From Pedosphaera sp. (GTDB lineage: Bacteria; Verrucomicrobiota; Verrucomicrobiia; Limisphaerales; SIBH01), in NCBI GenBank assembly GCA_031414955.1, contig JANOQV010000065.1:1-64000 (forward strand): a DNA stretch of 64,000 nt, written 5' to 3'. Both the position numbers and the translations under genes were made by a program. The notes beneath the pieces are model-generated. The model was not told the DNA's origin. It did no database searches and worked only from the letters and a program-made list of their open reading frames with translations. Shown piece by piece: positions 46,971 through 55,628 of the stretch. Numbering within the stretch: the stretch's first letter is position 1; the number at the start of each line of letters is the position of its first letter.

Positions 46971-47396
46971 ATGCCTGAGGCGCAAGCGCAGACAATTTCA
47001 CAGATTCAATGGTACCTGCCGGTCTTGATGCTGGCCTTGCTGGCCTTGGGCTTCGCCTTCGGCACGCTGGCCGCCTCCTATCTCGTCGGCCAGTTGCTCA
47101 ACAAGTGGCGGACCAAACACCTTCCGATCAAGGACGTGGCCTACGAGTGCGGCATGTTGCCCATCGGCGAAGGCAGCACGCGGCTCTCGGTGAAGTTCTA
47201 CCTCGTAGCCATGCTCTTCATCCTCTTCGACATCGAGGTGGTTTTTCTCTACCCGTGGGCCACGGTTTATCGCGAGATGCTGACGCAGGCCGCGACCCGC
47301 AACACGATCCTGTTCTCGATGGTTTCTTTCCTGGGCATCCTTTTCGTTGGCTACATCTACGCCTTGAAGAAGAAGGCCTTCGATTGGAAGCACTGA
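46971..47396 (+). CDS. nuoA: NADH-quinone oxidoreductase subunit A (no other nuo genes nearby)
   Basis: YECG, KFYLVAMLFILFDIEVVFLYPWA, KKKAFDW; TTGCCA-N17-TACTTT 7 nt before the ATG. Confidence 0.95.
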   Translation: MPEAQAQTISQIQWYLPVLMLALLALGFAFGTLAASYLVGQLLNKWRTKHLPIKDVAYECGMLPIGEGSTRLSVKFYLVAMLFILFDIEVVFLYPWATVYREMLTQAATRNTILFSMVSFLGILFVGYIYALKKKAFDWKH

Positions 47397-47489
47397 GGCG
47401 CAAAGTCCTCCGCCAGATTCCAGGTGCGGCCTGGGGCGCGGACGCAGGGCGGTGCACCATCATCCAAACCGGGCAACGGCGTTCAAACT

Positions 47490-48923
47490 ATGACCATCAA
47501 ATTCGGCACCAGCGGATGGCGCGGCCTCATCGCGCGCGACTTCACCTTCGATAACGTCCGCCTCGCCACTCAGGGCATTGCGGACTTTCTGAAATCAGAA
47601 ATCGGAAATCACAAATCGGAAATCGCCCGGCGCAAACCGGTGATCATCATCGGCCACGACACGCGCTTCCTCGGCCGGGAATTCTCGCTCGCCGCCGCCG
47701 AGGTGTTGGCCGCCAACGGCCTCACGCCGGTCCTCTGCCAGCGCGACGCGCCCACGCCCGTCATCGCCCACACCATCCGCGCGCGGAAAGCCATCGGGGG
47801 CATCAACATGACGGCCAGCCACAATCCCGCCGAGTGGCAGGGGCTGAAGTTCTCAACCTGGAACGGCGCGCCGGCCACGCCCGAGGTCACCAGGCTCATC
47901 GAGGCCAACATCCAGAGGCTTCTCGACGCGCAGTGGTCGTTCCAAGCCGCGGTCATCGGAACTTTCCAGTGCAAGACCATCGATCCGCAGCCGGACTATT
48001 TTAAGCAGATCAAAAAGCTGATCGACTTCGGCACGATTCGGAAGGCGAAGATGAAGATCGCCGTGGAACTGATGTACGGCACTGGTCGGGGCTATCTCGA
48101 CACGCTGCTCGAGGGCGCGGGCGGCGCGAAGGTCACCACCTTCCACAACGAATTGAATCCACTGTTTGGCGGGCATCATCCCGAGCCGAATGCCGAGGGC
48201 ATGCTTGAGGTCAGCGCCTTCGTCCGAAGTGGCAAAGCCCAGATCGGCCTGGGCCTCGACGGCGATGCCGATCGCTTCGGCATTGTCGATAAGGACGGCA
48301 CCTGGCTGACGCCGAATCAGATTCTTGCCCTTGCCCTTTATCACCTGAAGAAAAACCGCAAGTGGACTGGATCCGTCGTGCGCACCGTGCCGACCAGCCA
48401 TCAGGTGGACGAAGTGGCGAAGCTGCTCGGGGTCAAAGTTCACGAGACGCCGGTCGGCTTCAAATACATCGGCGCGCTCATGGAGTCTGAGCCGATCATT
48501 GTGGGCGGCGAGGAATCCGGCGGCCTGAGCGTCAAGGGCCATGTGCCCGAGAAGGACGGCGTGCTCGCCTGTCTGCTCATGGCTGAACTGGTCGCCACGG
48601 AACGCAAGTCACTGGGGCAGATTCTCAAGGCGCTGGAAAAGCAAACCGGTGGCTTCTTCACCGATCGCATCAATGTCTCCATCCCGCCCGACCAGAAGGA
48701 GGCGCTGCTCAAGAAGCTCGCCGCCGGACTCGACCGTGTCGGCGCGTTCAAGGTCGAGAAATTCATCACCACCGACGGCTATAAGTTTCTCCTGCCTGGC
48801 GGCGAATGGGTCGCCTTCCGCGCCAGCGGCACCGAGCCTTTGATCCGCGCCTACATCGAGGCCAAGACAGCCCTCAACCTCAAGAAACTGCGCGACGCCT
48901 GCCGCCAGGTGCTCGCCGCCTGA
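47490..48923 (+). CDS. Phosphoglucomutase/phosphomannomutase family protein
   Basis: FGTSGWRG, TASHNP, DGDADR, GEESGG, RASGTEP. Confidence 0.93.
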   Translation: MTIKFGTSGWRGLIARDFTFDNVRLATQGIADFLKSEIGNHKSEIARRKPVIIIGHDTRFLGREFSLAAAEVLAANGLTPVLCQRDAPTPVIAHTIRARKAIGGINMTASHNPAEWQGLKFSTWNGAPATPEVTRLIEANIQRLLDAQWSFQAAVIGTFQCKTIDPQPDYFKQIKKLIDFGTIRKAKMKIAVELMYGTGRGYLDTLLEGAGGAKVTTFHNELNPLFGGHHPEPNAEGMLEVSAFVRSGKAQIGLGLDGDADRFGIVDKDGTWLTPNQILALALYHLKKNRKWTGSVVRTVPTSHQVDEVAKLLGVKVHETPVGFKYIGALMESEPIIVGGEESGGLSVKGHVPEKDGVLACLLMAELVATERKSLGQILKALEKQTGGFFTDRINVSIPPDQKEALLKKLAAGLDRVGAFKVEKFITTDGYKFLLPGGEWVAFRASGTEPLIRAYIEAKTALNLKKLRDACRQVLAA

Positions 48924-48927
48924 ACCC

Positions 48928-50052
48928 ATGAAGCCCATGCTCGTCCTCGGCATCATGTCCGGCACGAGCATCGACGGCGTGGATTACGCGCTGTGCGAGG
49001 TGGGTTCCTCCTCGGTGCGGCTGATCAAACTCTGGACGCGGGAATTCCCCACCGTGTTGCGGCGTCGCCTGCACACCGCGGCCACCAATGACTGCTCCGC
49101 GCATGAACTCGCGCAACTTCACCACGACCTTGGCCGGTTGTTCGCCGCGCAGGCGAAGCCGCTGCGACCGCGCGCGGCACTGGTGGGCCTGCACGGCCAG
49201 ACGGTATTCCATAACCCGGATCGTCGCGCCCCGGCCACCTTGCAACTCGGCGAACCGGCCTACCTCGCCGAAACCTTGCGCGTGCCCGTGGTCAGCAACT
49301 TTCGCGCGGCGGACCTTGCGGCCGGCGGACAGGGCGCACCTCTGGCGACCTTGTTTCATCAAATGGTGTTCGCCCGGCGCGGCCAGCATGTGTGCGTGAA
49401 CAATCTCGGCGGCATCAGCAATGTGACCTCGTTGGAGTGGAAGCGGGGGGCGGCTCCGCGCATCAAGGCTTTCGACACCGGCCCGGCCAACGTGCTGATC
49501 GATCTGGCCATGCGCGAACTCACCCAGGGCCGGCGGCCATACGATGAGGATGGCGCCTGGGCCGCAGCCGGCACCGTCCATCCCGCCTTGTTGGCGCGCT
49601 GGCTCAAGCATCCTTTCTTCGCCGCGTCACCACCGAAGAGCACCGGACGGGAAGTGTTTGGGGAAACTTTTTGGCGCGCGGAACAGCGGTGCATCCAGGC
49701 CGCGCGACTTTCACCGCGCGACACCGTGGCCACGCTTACCGAACTCACCGCGCGTTCGCTGGCGCTCAACTACCGGATGCACCTTGGCTCCGTCCCGGAT
49801 TCCGTCGTGCTCTGCGGCGGCGGTGCGCGGAACACATTTCTTGTCGCCCGCATCACGTCGGCCTTGAGCAAATTGAACCCGGCGGTGCAAGTAGCTCCAT
49901 CGACGGCCTGGGGCTGGCCCGTGCCCGCCATCGAACCAGCGGCCTTCGCGCTGCTGGCGGTCCGCCGCTGGCACCACCGTCCCGCCAACCTGCCCGCGAC
50001 GACCGGCGCGGGCCGCGCGGTCTGTCTGGGACAAATCACCCAGCCCGGGTGA
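48928..50052 (+). CDS. anmK: Anhydro-N-acetylmuramic acid kinase
   Basis: GIMSGTSIDGVD, HGQT, DLAAGGQGAPL, FDTGPAN, PPKSTGRE, CGGG. Confidence 0.95.
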   Translation: MKPMLVLGIMSGTSIDGVDYALCEVGSSSVRLIKLWTREFPTVLRRRLHTAATNDCSAHELAQLHHDLGRLFAAQAKPLRPRAALVGLHGQTVFHNPDRRAPATLQLGEPAYLAETLRVPVVSNFRAADLAAGGQGAPLATLFHQMVFARRGQHVCVNNLGGISNVTSLEWKRGAAPRIKAFDTGPANVLIDLAMRELTQGRRPYDEDGAWAAAGTVHPALLARWLKHPFFAASPPKSTGREVFGETFWRAEQRCIQAARLSPRDTVATLTELTARSLALNYRMHLGSVPDSVVLCGGGARNTFLVARITSALSKLNPAVQVAPSTAWGWPVPAIEPAAFALLAVRRWHHRPANLPATTGAGRAVCLGQITQPG

Positions 50053-50113
50053 AGGGAACGCGGCCGGACGGAGGGCGGGCGACGACCGGAACCGAAACGG
50101 CGCGCGCCTTTTT

Positions 50114-50497
50114 TCAATGACGCAGCGCGCTCCCGAGCAGGTGCCCGAGCCAGACGGCGAGGAGGCACGCCAGCACGGAGCCGAGCACGTTGCCGGTGAC
50201 GGCCGGCCAGTTCCCGGCGCGCATCAGGTCGAGCGTCTGCACGCTGAAGGCGGAGAAGGTGGTATAGCCGCCGCAGATTCCCACCACGAGGAAGTGGCGC
50301 AGCGTGGGGGCCTCGGCGAGCCGTCCGCCGGTTTCACTGAGCGCGGCGAAGATCCCGATGAGGAACGAGCCGGTGATGTTCACAAAGATCGTGCCCCAGG
50401 GAAATTTGTTGTCGAAGCGCGCGGTGATCGCGCTGGACATCCAGAAACGCGCCACGCTGCCCAGCGCGCCGCCGAGGGCAATCCAGAGATAGTTCAC
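50114..50497 (-). CDS. crcB: Fluoride efflux channel Fluc
   Basis: GGALGSVAR, PWGT..VN..G, GICGGYTTFSAF; GTGA overlap with the upstream gene. Confidence 0.93.
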   Translation of the reverse strand: MNYLWIALGGALGSVARFWMSSAITARFDNKFPWGTIFVNITGSFLIGIFAALSETGGRLAEAPTLRHFLVVGICGGYTTFSAFSVQTLDLMRAGNWPAVTGNVLGSVLACLLAVWLGHLLGSALRH

Positions 50498-52008
50498 GCG
50501 GAGGTTCCTTTCGCGGCCCGCATCCGCTCCAGCTGGTTGCGGGTGATTTGTTGCACGGCGGGATGCGGGCCGCGCGGTTCCGAATACACCTTGGGCCGCA
50601 CATAGCCGGGCGGCGCGCTCAGACCGTCGCCCCACCAGATGGTCGCGGCATTGAAGACGAAGTTGCCGCGCGGTCCGGGATAAACTGTCGCGGTGTAGGT
50701 GCCGCCGTTCGGCTTGCCGGGCGCGGAAAAGGTCGGCCCGGTGGCGACGACTTCGAGGCCGGGAATCGGCGCCGGATCGCCGTGCCATTCCCAACCGACG
50801 AGGCCGGGGACCGCAGCGCCCGCCTTCATCCCCGTGCCGGCAAACAGCCAGTGGTCGGGACGCGCGCAGGTCCAGTCCGCGCCGCCCGTGACCGGCCCGG
50901 TGCTGTGCGCGCCCAGAAGTTCGTTCGCGTAGGGCCGCTCGTGGGCAAGGGTGCTGATCTTCTGGAACTCAATCGTGCCGCCGGGCGGGCCATACACGCC
51001 CACGCGTTCGAAGGCGCGATTGGCTTTCCCATGCGCATCGGGGCTGAGGAGTATTTTTCCGCAGACCGCGTTGCCGGAAAGGAAGGCCGCGTTCACGCCG
51101 TGCGCGATGGCGGACTGGACATGGCGAAACATCTCGATGGACCAATACTCGTCGTGACCCACGGAGAGAAATCCCTTCGCGCGCCGCAGCCCGTGCGGAT
51201 CGGTGTGCGTGTCGAGATTCGAGATGTAGGTCACGTCGTAGCCGTGCTGCTCAAGCCAGAAGGCGACGGGAAATTCCCAGAGCAGAAACTCGCCCGAGCC
51301 GGTCGAGAGCGGCGCATCCAGAATCTGGCAGTACTTTCCGTAGGGACGGTTGAAGCCGACCTGCACGTTGCCGCCCCAATACCATTGCTCCTGGCCGTCG
51401 TCGTAGAGCGCGAACTGCGAGGGCCAGCGGTTGTAGGCCTGCCAGGTGTTGTCGCTGCATTGGAAGAGGAAATCCGCCGGGCGATCATCGCGCACGATGA
51501 AGATGACATAGCTCTGGGTGCCGTCGCCTTGGGCGGTGAGCTTGCCGAGATACACACCACTGAGCCAGTCGCCCGGAATGCGGAAGGAGAGCGACGGCTC
51601 CCACTGACAGTCGCGCAGGCGTTTGTGGCCCACCGGCGGATCGGGCTGCACCTGGCCGCGGATGGCCTCGAAGCTCCGCATCAAGCGCGCCCCGGCTCCG
51701 CCGTAATAACCCATCCGGTACACATCGAGCGTGAAGGCCGATGCGGGATTCGTGCTGACGAAAATGGAGAGCATCCCGCCGGCGCGAATGCTGGTGTGGG
51801 AACAGTAACCTTCGATCCACGGGCAGCGATATTTTGTGGCTGGGTCGATTCGCGGACGGGTGAGCAGCCAGTCGCGGGTGCCGGGCCGCAGATTCTCACG
51901 CAAGATCCGGTCGGAAGATTGAGGTTTGGAGGTGGAAGCGCAACCGGCCAGCGAGGCGCCCGCGCCGGCTGCCGCCACGTTCTTCAGGAATTCACGCCGG
52001 TTGAACAT
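50494..52008 (-). CDS. Tat-exported lipoprotein, N,N-dimethylformamidase beta-subunit-like family
   Basis: NRREFLK twin-arginine motif plus LAGC lipobox; YRMGYYGG, W.SGVYL, TWQAYN.W, SVGHDEYWS. Confidence 0.8.
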   Translation of the reverse strand: MFNRREFLKNVAAAGAGASLAGCASTSKPQSSDRILRENLRPGTRDWLLTRPRIDPATKYRCPWIEGYCSHTSIRAGGMLSIFVSTNPASAFTLDVYRMGYYGGAGARLMRSFEAIRGQVQPDPPVGHKRLRDCQWEPSLSFRIPGDWLSGVYLGKLTAQGDGTQSYVIFIVRDDRPADFLFQCSDNTWQAYNRWPSQFALYDDGQEQWYWGGNVQVGFNRPYGKYCQILDAPLSTGSGEFLLWEFPVAFWLEQHGYDVTYISNLDTHTDPHGLRRAKGFLSVGHDEYWSIEMFRHVQSAIAHGVNAAFLSGNAVCGKILLSPDAHGKANRAFERVGVYGPPGGTIEFQKISTLAHERPYANELLGAHSTGPVTGGADWTCARPDHWLFAGTGMKAGAAVPGLVGWEWHGDPAPIPGLEVVATGPTFSAPGKPNGGTYTATVYPGPRGNFVFNAATIWWGDGLSAPPGYVRPKVYSEPRGPHPAVQQITRNQLERMRAAKGTSA

Positions 52009-52058
52009 GGGCGCAGAATGGCATGGCCCGCAGGGGCGCTCAACGGTTTTGAAAGTGG

Positions 52059-52238
52059 GGCCGGCCGGGGCGGTGCCTCCGTCCACTGTTGGCGAGCGGC
52101 AGGGGCCAGGTGGGAGGCCTCGCGCTGCGAGGCCAGAGCCAACGGTCCAGAACTGGCCCTCGCCGCGCAGCGCGAGGCGTGCCACCCCGTCGTCGTCCCG
52201 TCGCTCGCCCACGGTGGACGGAGGCCCCACGGCCGGCG
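52059..52238. repeat. ~180-bp nested palindrome (MITE/REP-doublet-like)
   Basis: GCCTCCGTCCAC / GTGGACGGAGGC and GGCGAGCG / CGCTCGCC outer arms; inner GCCTCGCGCTGCG / CGCAGCGCGAGGC. Confidence 0.78.
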
Positions 52239-52242
52239 CGGA

Positions 52243-52980
52243 TCAGAGTTTTTTGAACCGGATGTTCCGGTAGGCCGCCGCCGTGTTCCAGGTCGAGAGA
52301 CCGAGGGGCAGCGCGGGTTCGACTTCGAAGCGGATGCTCAACCGCTTGTCCTCCAGCTCGAAATTCACCACTCGTTCCTCGTCGATCCAGGCCTGGATTT
52401 TTCCTGGCTCCACCCGCAATCGAATGCGGTGCCACTTGCCGTTGACGAAGTTCTTGAACGTCGTCGTCTCGTTCTGCGAGGCGTCCTCGCTGTTGATGCT
52501 CGACAACCCCACCGTGCCGCCGCCCCAGCCGCCGACGATGAAGCTGCAATCCTGTTTACCCACGGGGAAAGTGAGGCCGCAGAAGAAATCGCCGCCCTCC
52601 ACGCGCATGGCCTCAAGCGAGACCTCGTAATTCATGCGCGGCAAATCGTTGGTGTGGGCCAGCGTGATGCCTGTCATGTGGCCCAGGCCGATGTTGATCT
52701 GGCCGTTGGAGACGGTGACCGAACCGCGTCCCGCGAAATCGGAGGAGATCCAGCCGTTAAGCGTCTGGCCATCGAAGAGGATGCCCGAGTCGGGGATTTT
52801 TCCCGAGGCGACTACCACCGGTGAAGGTTTGACGGCCACGGGAGCAGCAGGCGGCATGGGCGGCTTGGCCCCGGCTGCCGAGGATTTGGATTGGCATGGG
52901 CAAGTGCATCCAGCCAGGCCGAGCATTCCGGCCAGACCAAGCAAGGGCAGCAGCTTCAGGCAACGCGTGGCAACAATCAT
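52243..52980 (-). CDS. DUF1080 (3-keto-disaccharide hydrolase-like) lipoprotein
   Basis: LAGC lipobox; LFDGQTLNGW; GDFFCGLTFPV; GGWGG. Confidence 0.85.
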   Translation of the reverse strand: MIVATRCLKLLPLLGLAGMLGLAGCTCPCQSKSSAAGAKPPMPPAAPVAVKPSPVVVASGKIPDSGILFDGQTLNGWISSDFAGRGSVTVSNGQINIGLGHMTGITLAHTNDLPRMNYEVSLEAMRVEGGDFFCGLTFPVGKQDCSFIVGGWGGGTVGLSSINSEDASQNETTTFKNFVNGKWHRIRLRVEPGKIQAWIDEERVVNFELEDKRLSIRFEVEPALPLGLSTWNTAAAYRNIRFKKL

Positions 52981-53076
52981 GTCCCCATTGAAGCGGATGC
53001 GGTGAAAAAGCCAAACCCCAAGATTGGGCCCGAGTGCGACCTGGGGGCGTCGCACACCCGCGCTGCCGGTTTCCTG

Positions 53077-54717
53077 CTAATTCCCGTTGGCGGCCCGTGC
53101 TCGGCGCGGTGCGGCCGGTGCGTTGGTATCCGTGCCGGCTTGGGCGCGAAATTGTTTCTCCAACTCGCTCCACCGGGCCGCCATGTCGCGGACTCGATCC
53201 GGCTGCTGCCCCGCCAGGTTCACCTGTTCGGAACGATCCTGGCTCAGATTGTAGAGGGCGTAGTCATTCGTGTTCGGCCGCTTGGAGACCAGCTTCCAGT
53301 CACCCATGCGGAGAGCGCGATTGTTCTCATGATGAAAGTAGAGATAGTCGCGCGGCACCGGCACATCCTGGGCGAAGGCCGAAACAAGACTGCGTCCGGG
53401 CAAAGTTGGTGCTTCGACGCCGTGCCACTTCGCGTCCCGCTTCGCGCCCACCAGTTCGAGCACCGTGGGCACAAAGTCGATGACGTGTCCGGGTGTGTGG
53501 CGCAGTTCGCCCTTCGCCGCGAGGCCCTGGGGCCAATGTACAATCAGCGGCGTGCTGATGCCGCCTTCGTGAACCCACGATTTGTGCAGCCGGAACGGCG
53601 TGTTGCCCACCGTGGACCAACCGGGACCGAGGCAGAGAAAACTTCCACCGGAACCAAGCGCGGCCGTCTGGTCGTGCCGGTCGCCGCGATTGAGGAACTC
53701 CGCGCTCGTGCCATTGTCAGACGCGAACATCACGACCGTGTTCTCCAGCGCGCCCATCACCTTGAGCTGGTCGAGCACGCGGCCGATCTCGCGATCCATG
53801 CGGTCGATCATTGCGGCGTGAATCGCCATCTTCGTCGCCTGGAAGCGCCGCTCCTCCTCGTTCAATTCACTCCACGCCACGGCGCGCGCGACTTCGCCGG
53901 GGCTGATCTGCTCCTTCACGGCGGCGTCCTTGAGATTCCAGTTCGGCACCGTCTCCGGCTCGCGCGGGCTGAGCGCGGCGTTCACCAGGCCCAGCTTGGT
54001 TTGCTTCTCGTGGCGCTGCCGGCGAATCACGTCCCAGCCCGCCAGATACTTGTCGCGGTAGCGCGCGATGTCCTCCGGCGGCGCCTGCAAGGGAAAGTGC
54101 GGCACGGTGAAGGCGAGGTAGCCGAAGAACGGCTGGGCGGAATAGTTCGCCGCGTGGTCCTTGAGACAGCCGATCATGAAATCGGCGAAGGCCACCGTCG
54201 TGTAATAGTTGCTGCCCTTCGGCACCGGCGGCTGGCGCACATCATTCACCCAGTGGTTGCCTGGATAAAAGTTCCGGTCGTGATCCTCCAGCCGATACGA
54301 GCGGTCAAAACCGCCATCCGCGAGCACCCGCGGTGCGCCCTGCACATGCCACTTGCCGCTGTGATACGAGCGATAGCCGAGCGGTTGGAGATAGTGCGGC
54401 AACAGGCGGGTCCACTCCGGCAACCGCCCGCGCGGAGGGTCCATGCGAATCTGCTGCGGGTAATGCCCGGTGAGCAGAGCCGCGCGCGTGGGCCAGCACC
54501 GCGCCGTGTTGTAGAACTGGGTGAAGCGCACCCCGTTGGTCGCCAGCCGATCCAGGTTGGGCGTGGCGATTTCTCCACCGTAGCAACCGGCGTCGGCAAA
54601 GCCCAGGTCGTCAGCCAGGATGAAAAGGATGTTCGGCCGGGTGGCGGCGAAAGTCTGGCCGCAAAGCGCCAGAGTCAGCGCGAGGCACAAAATCAAACTA
54701 CGGCGATGGATTGGCAT
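53077..54717 (-). CDS. Arylsulfatase (Cys-type formylglycine sulfatase), secreted
   Basis: PNILFILADDLG, CWPTRAALLTG, GKWH, PHFPLQAP, SDNG. Confidence 0.94.
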   Translation of the reverse strand: MPIHRRSLILCLALTLALCGQTFAATRPNILFILADDLGFADAGCYGGEIATPNLDRLATNGVRFTQFYNTARCWPTRAALLTGHYPQQIRMDPPRGRLPEWTRLLPHYLQPLGYRSYHSGKWHVQGAPRVLADGGFDRSYRLEDHDRNFYPGNHWVNDVRQPPVPKGSNYYTTVAFADFMIGCLKDHAANYSAQPFFGYLAFTVPHFPLQAPPEDIARYRDKYLAGWDVIRRQRHEKQTKLGLVNAALSPREPETVPNWNLKDAAVKEQISPGEVARAVAWSELNEEERRFQATKMAIHAAMIDRMDREIGRVLDQLKVMGALENTVVMFASDNGTSAEFLNRGDRHDQTAALGSGGSFLCLGPGWSTVGNTPFRLHKSWVHEGGISTPLIVHWPQGLAAKGELRHTPGHVIDFVPTVLELVGAKRDAKWHGVEAPTLPGRSLVSAFAQDVPVPRDYLYFHHENNRALRMGDWKLVSKRPNTNDYALYNLSQDRSEQVNLAGQQPDRVRDMAARWSELEKQFRAQAGTDTNAPAAPRRARAANGN

Positions 54718-54909
54718 GGCGAAGTAATCTCCAACGAAGGAGGACTGGCGACTGAATTCTTTGGAGGGGTCTGCTTTCCATGGGCTGGCCCCCATTCGAC
54801 GGTGCGTCGAGCCGAAACTTCCCCGCGCTAATTCCCTTCCGCCTCGGGTCGGAATAACAAACAGGGCGGACCCCAATGGAGCCCGCCCCGCCTGTGAATG
54901 GCTTCCGCC

Positions 54910-55032
54910 TCAGCCTTTGGCCTTGGTCTTGGCCTTGGTCTTGCCCTGCTTCGCCTTGGCGGCGGCGGTCTTGCGTTTGTCGTATGCGACGCGCCGGCGG
55001 CGCTTCTGCGTTTTGTTACTCTGCTGGCCCAT
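54910..55032 (-). CDS. 40-aa highly basic small protein (below ORF-track cutoff)
   Basis: MGQQSNKTQKRRRRVAYDKRKTAAAKAKQGKTKAKTKAKG*; GC3 codons (AAG, GCC, ACC, CGC); fills an otherwise empty gap. Confidence 0.7.
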   Translation of the reverse strand: MGQQSNKTQKRRRRVAYDKRKTAAAKAKQGKTKAKTKAKG

Positions 55033-55076
55033 AGTTCTTTACTTTGAAACGTTGTTCCGTTTGCTTGGGTCAAACT

Positions 55077-55628
55077 ATGAAGAGTCGCTCGTGCGTGTTC
55101 AATGGCTTTCTGGCCCTGGCCCTCCTGGCTTCCACGGCGGGTTGCTGCACGAGCGTGGAATGCAAGCGGAGCAAGGAGAAGAGCACCCTGCGCGTCCACC
55201 TCGAGTCAGATCGCGGCAGCAAAGACCGCGCCTCGGCCATCTCCGTTCTCCGCACCTCGCCGGTCAAAATAAACATCGAGCGCGATCCGGTCCTGCATGA
55301 GGGGCATGTCGTCGCGGCGCGCCTCGTCGAGGAGGACGGCGGTCTGTTCTCGGTCGAGATTCAGTTGGATCGTCGCGGATCCTGGGCGCTGGAACGCACC
55401 TCCGTCTCGTATCGGGGCCGGCACCTGGCCGTCTTCAGCGATTTCGGCGAGGAAGCCCGCTGGCTGGCGGCCCCAGTCATCCAGGCCAAGAACAGCAGCG
55501 GCCGCCTGACCTTTACCCCCGACGCGACCCACGAAGAGGCCGAACGGTTCGTCCGTGGCCTGAACAACTACGCCAAGGAACAGGAGAGCGCCGACAAGTG
55601 GCCCTTCGCCCCGGCCATGGAAAGATGA
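55077..55628 (+). CDS. Lipoprotein with SecDF P1-head-like domain
   Basis: TAGC lipobox; 'VEIQLDRRG...T....GRHLAVF...AAPVI'. Confidence 0.7.
   Translation: MKSRSCVFNGFLALALLASTAGCCTSVECKRSKEKSTLRVHLESDRGSKDRASAISVLRTSPVKINIERDPVLHEGHVVAARLVEEDGGLFSVEIQLDRRGSWALERTSVSYRGRHLAVFSDFGEEARWLAAPVIQAKNSSGRLTFTPDATHEEAERFVRGLNNYAKEQESADKWPFAPAMER

Noticed and set aside
50497..50600. Fluoride riboswitch before crcB
   Set aside because: The crcB start overlaps the upstream CDS stop, leaving no leader, and I saw no motif.
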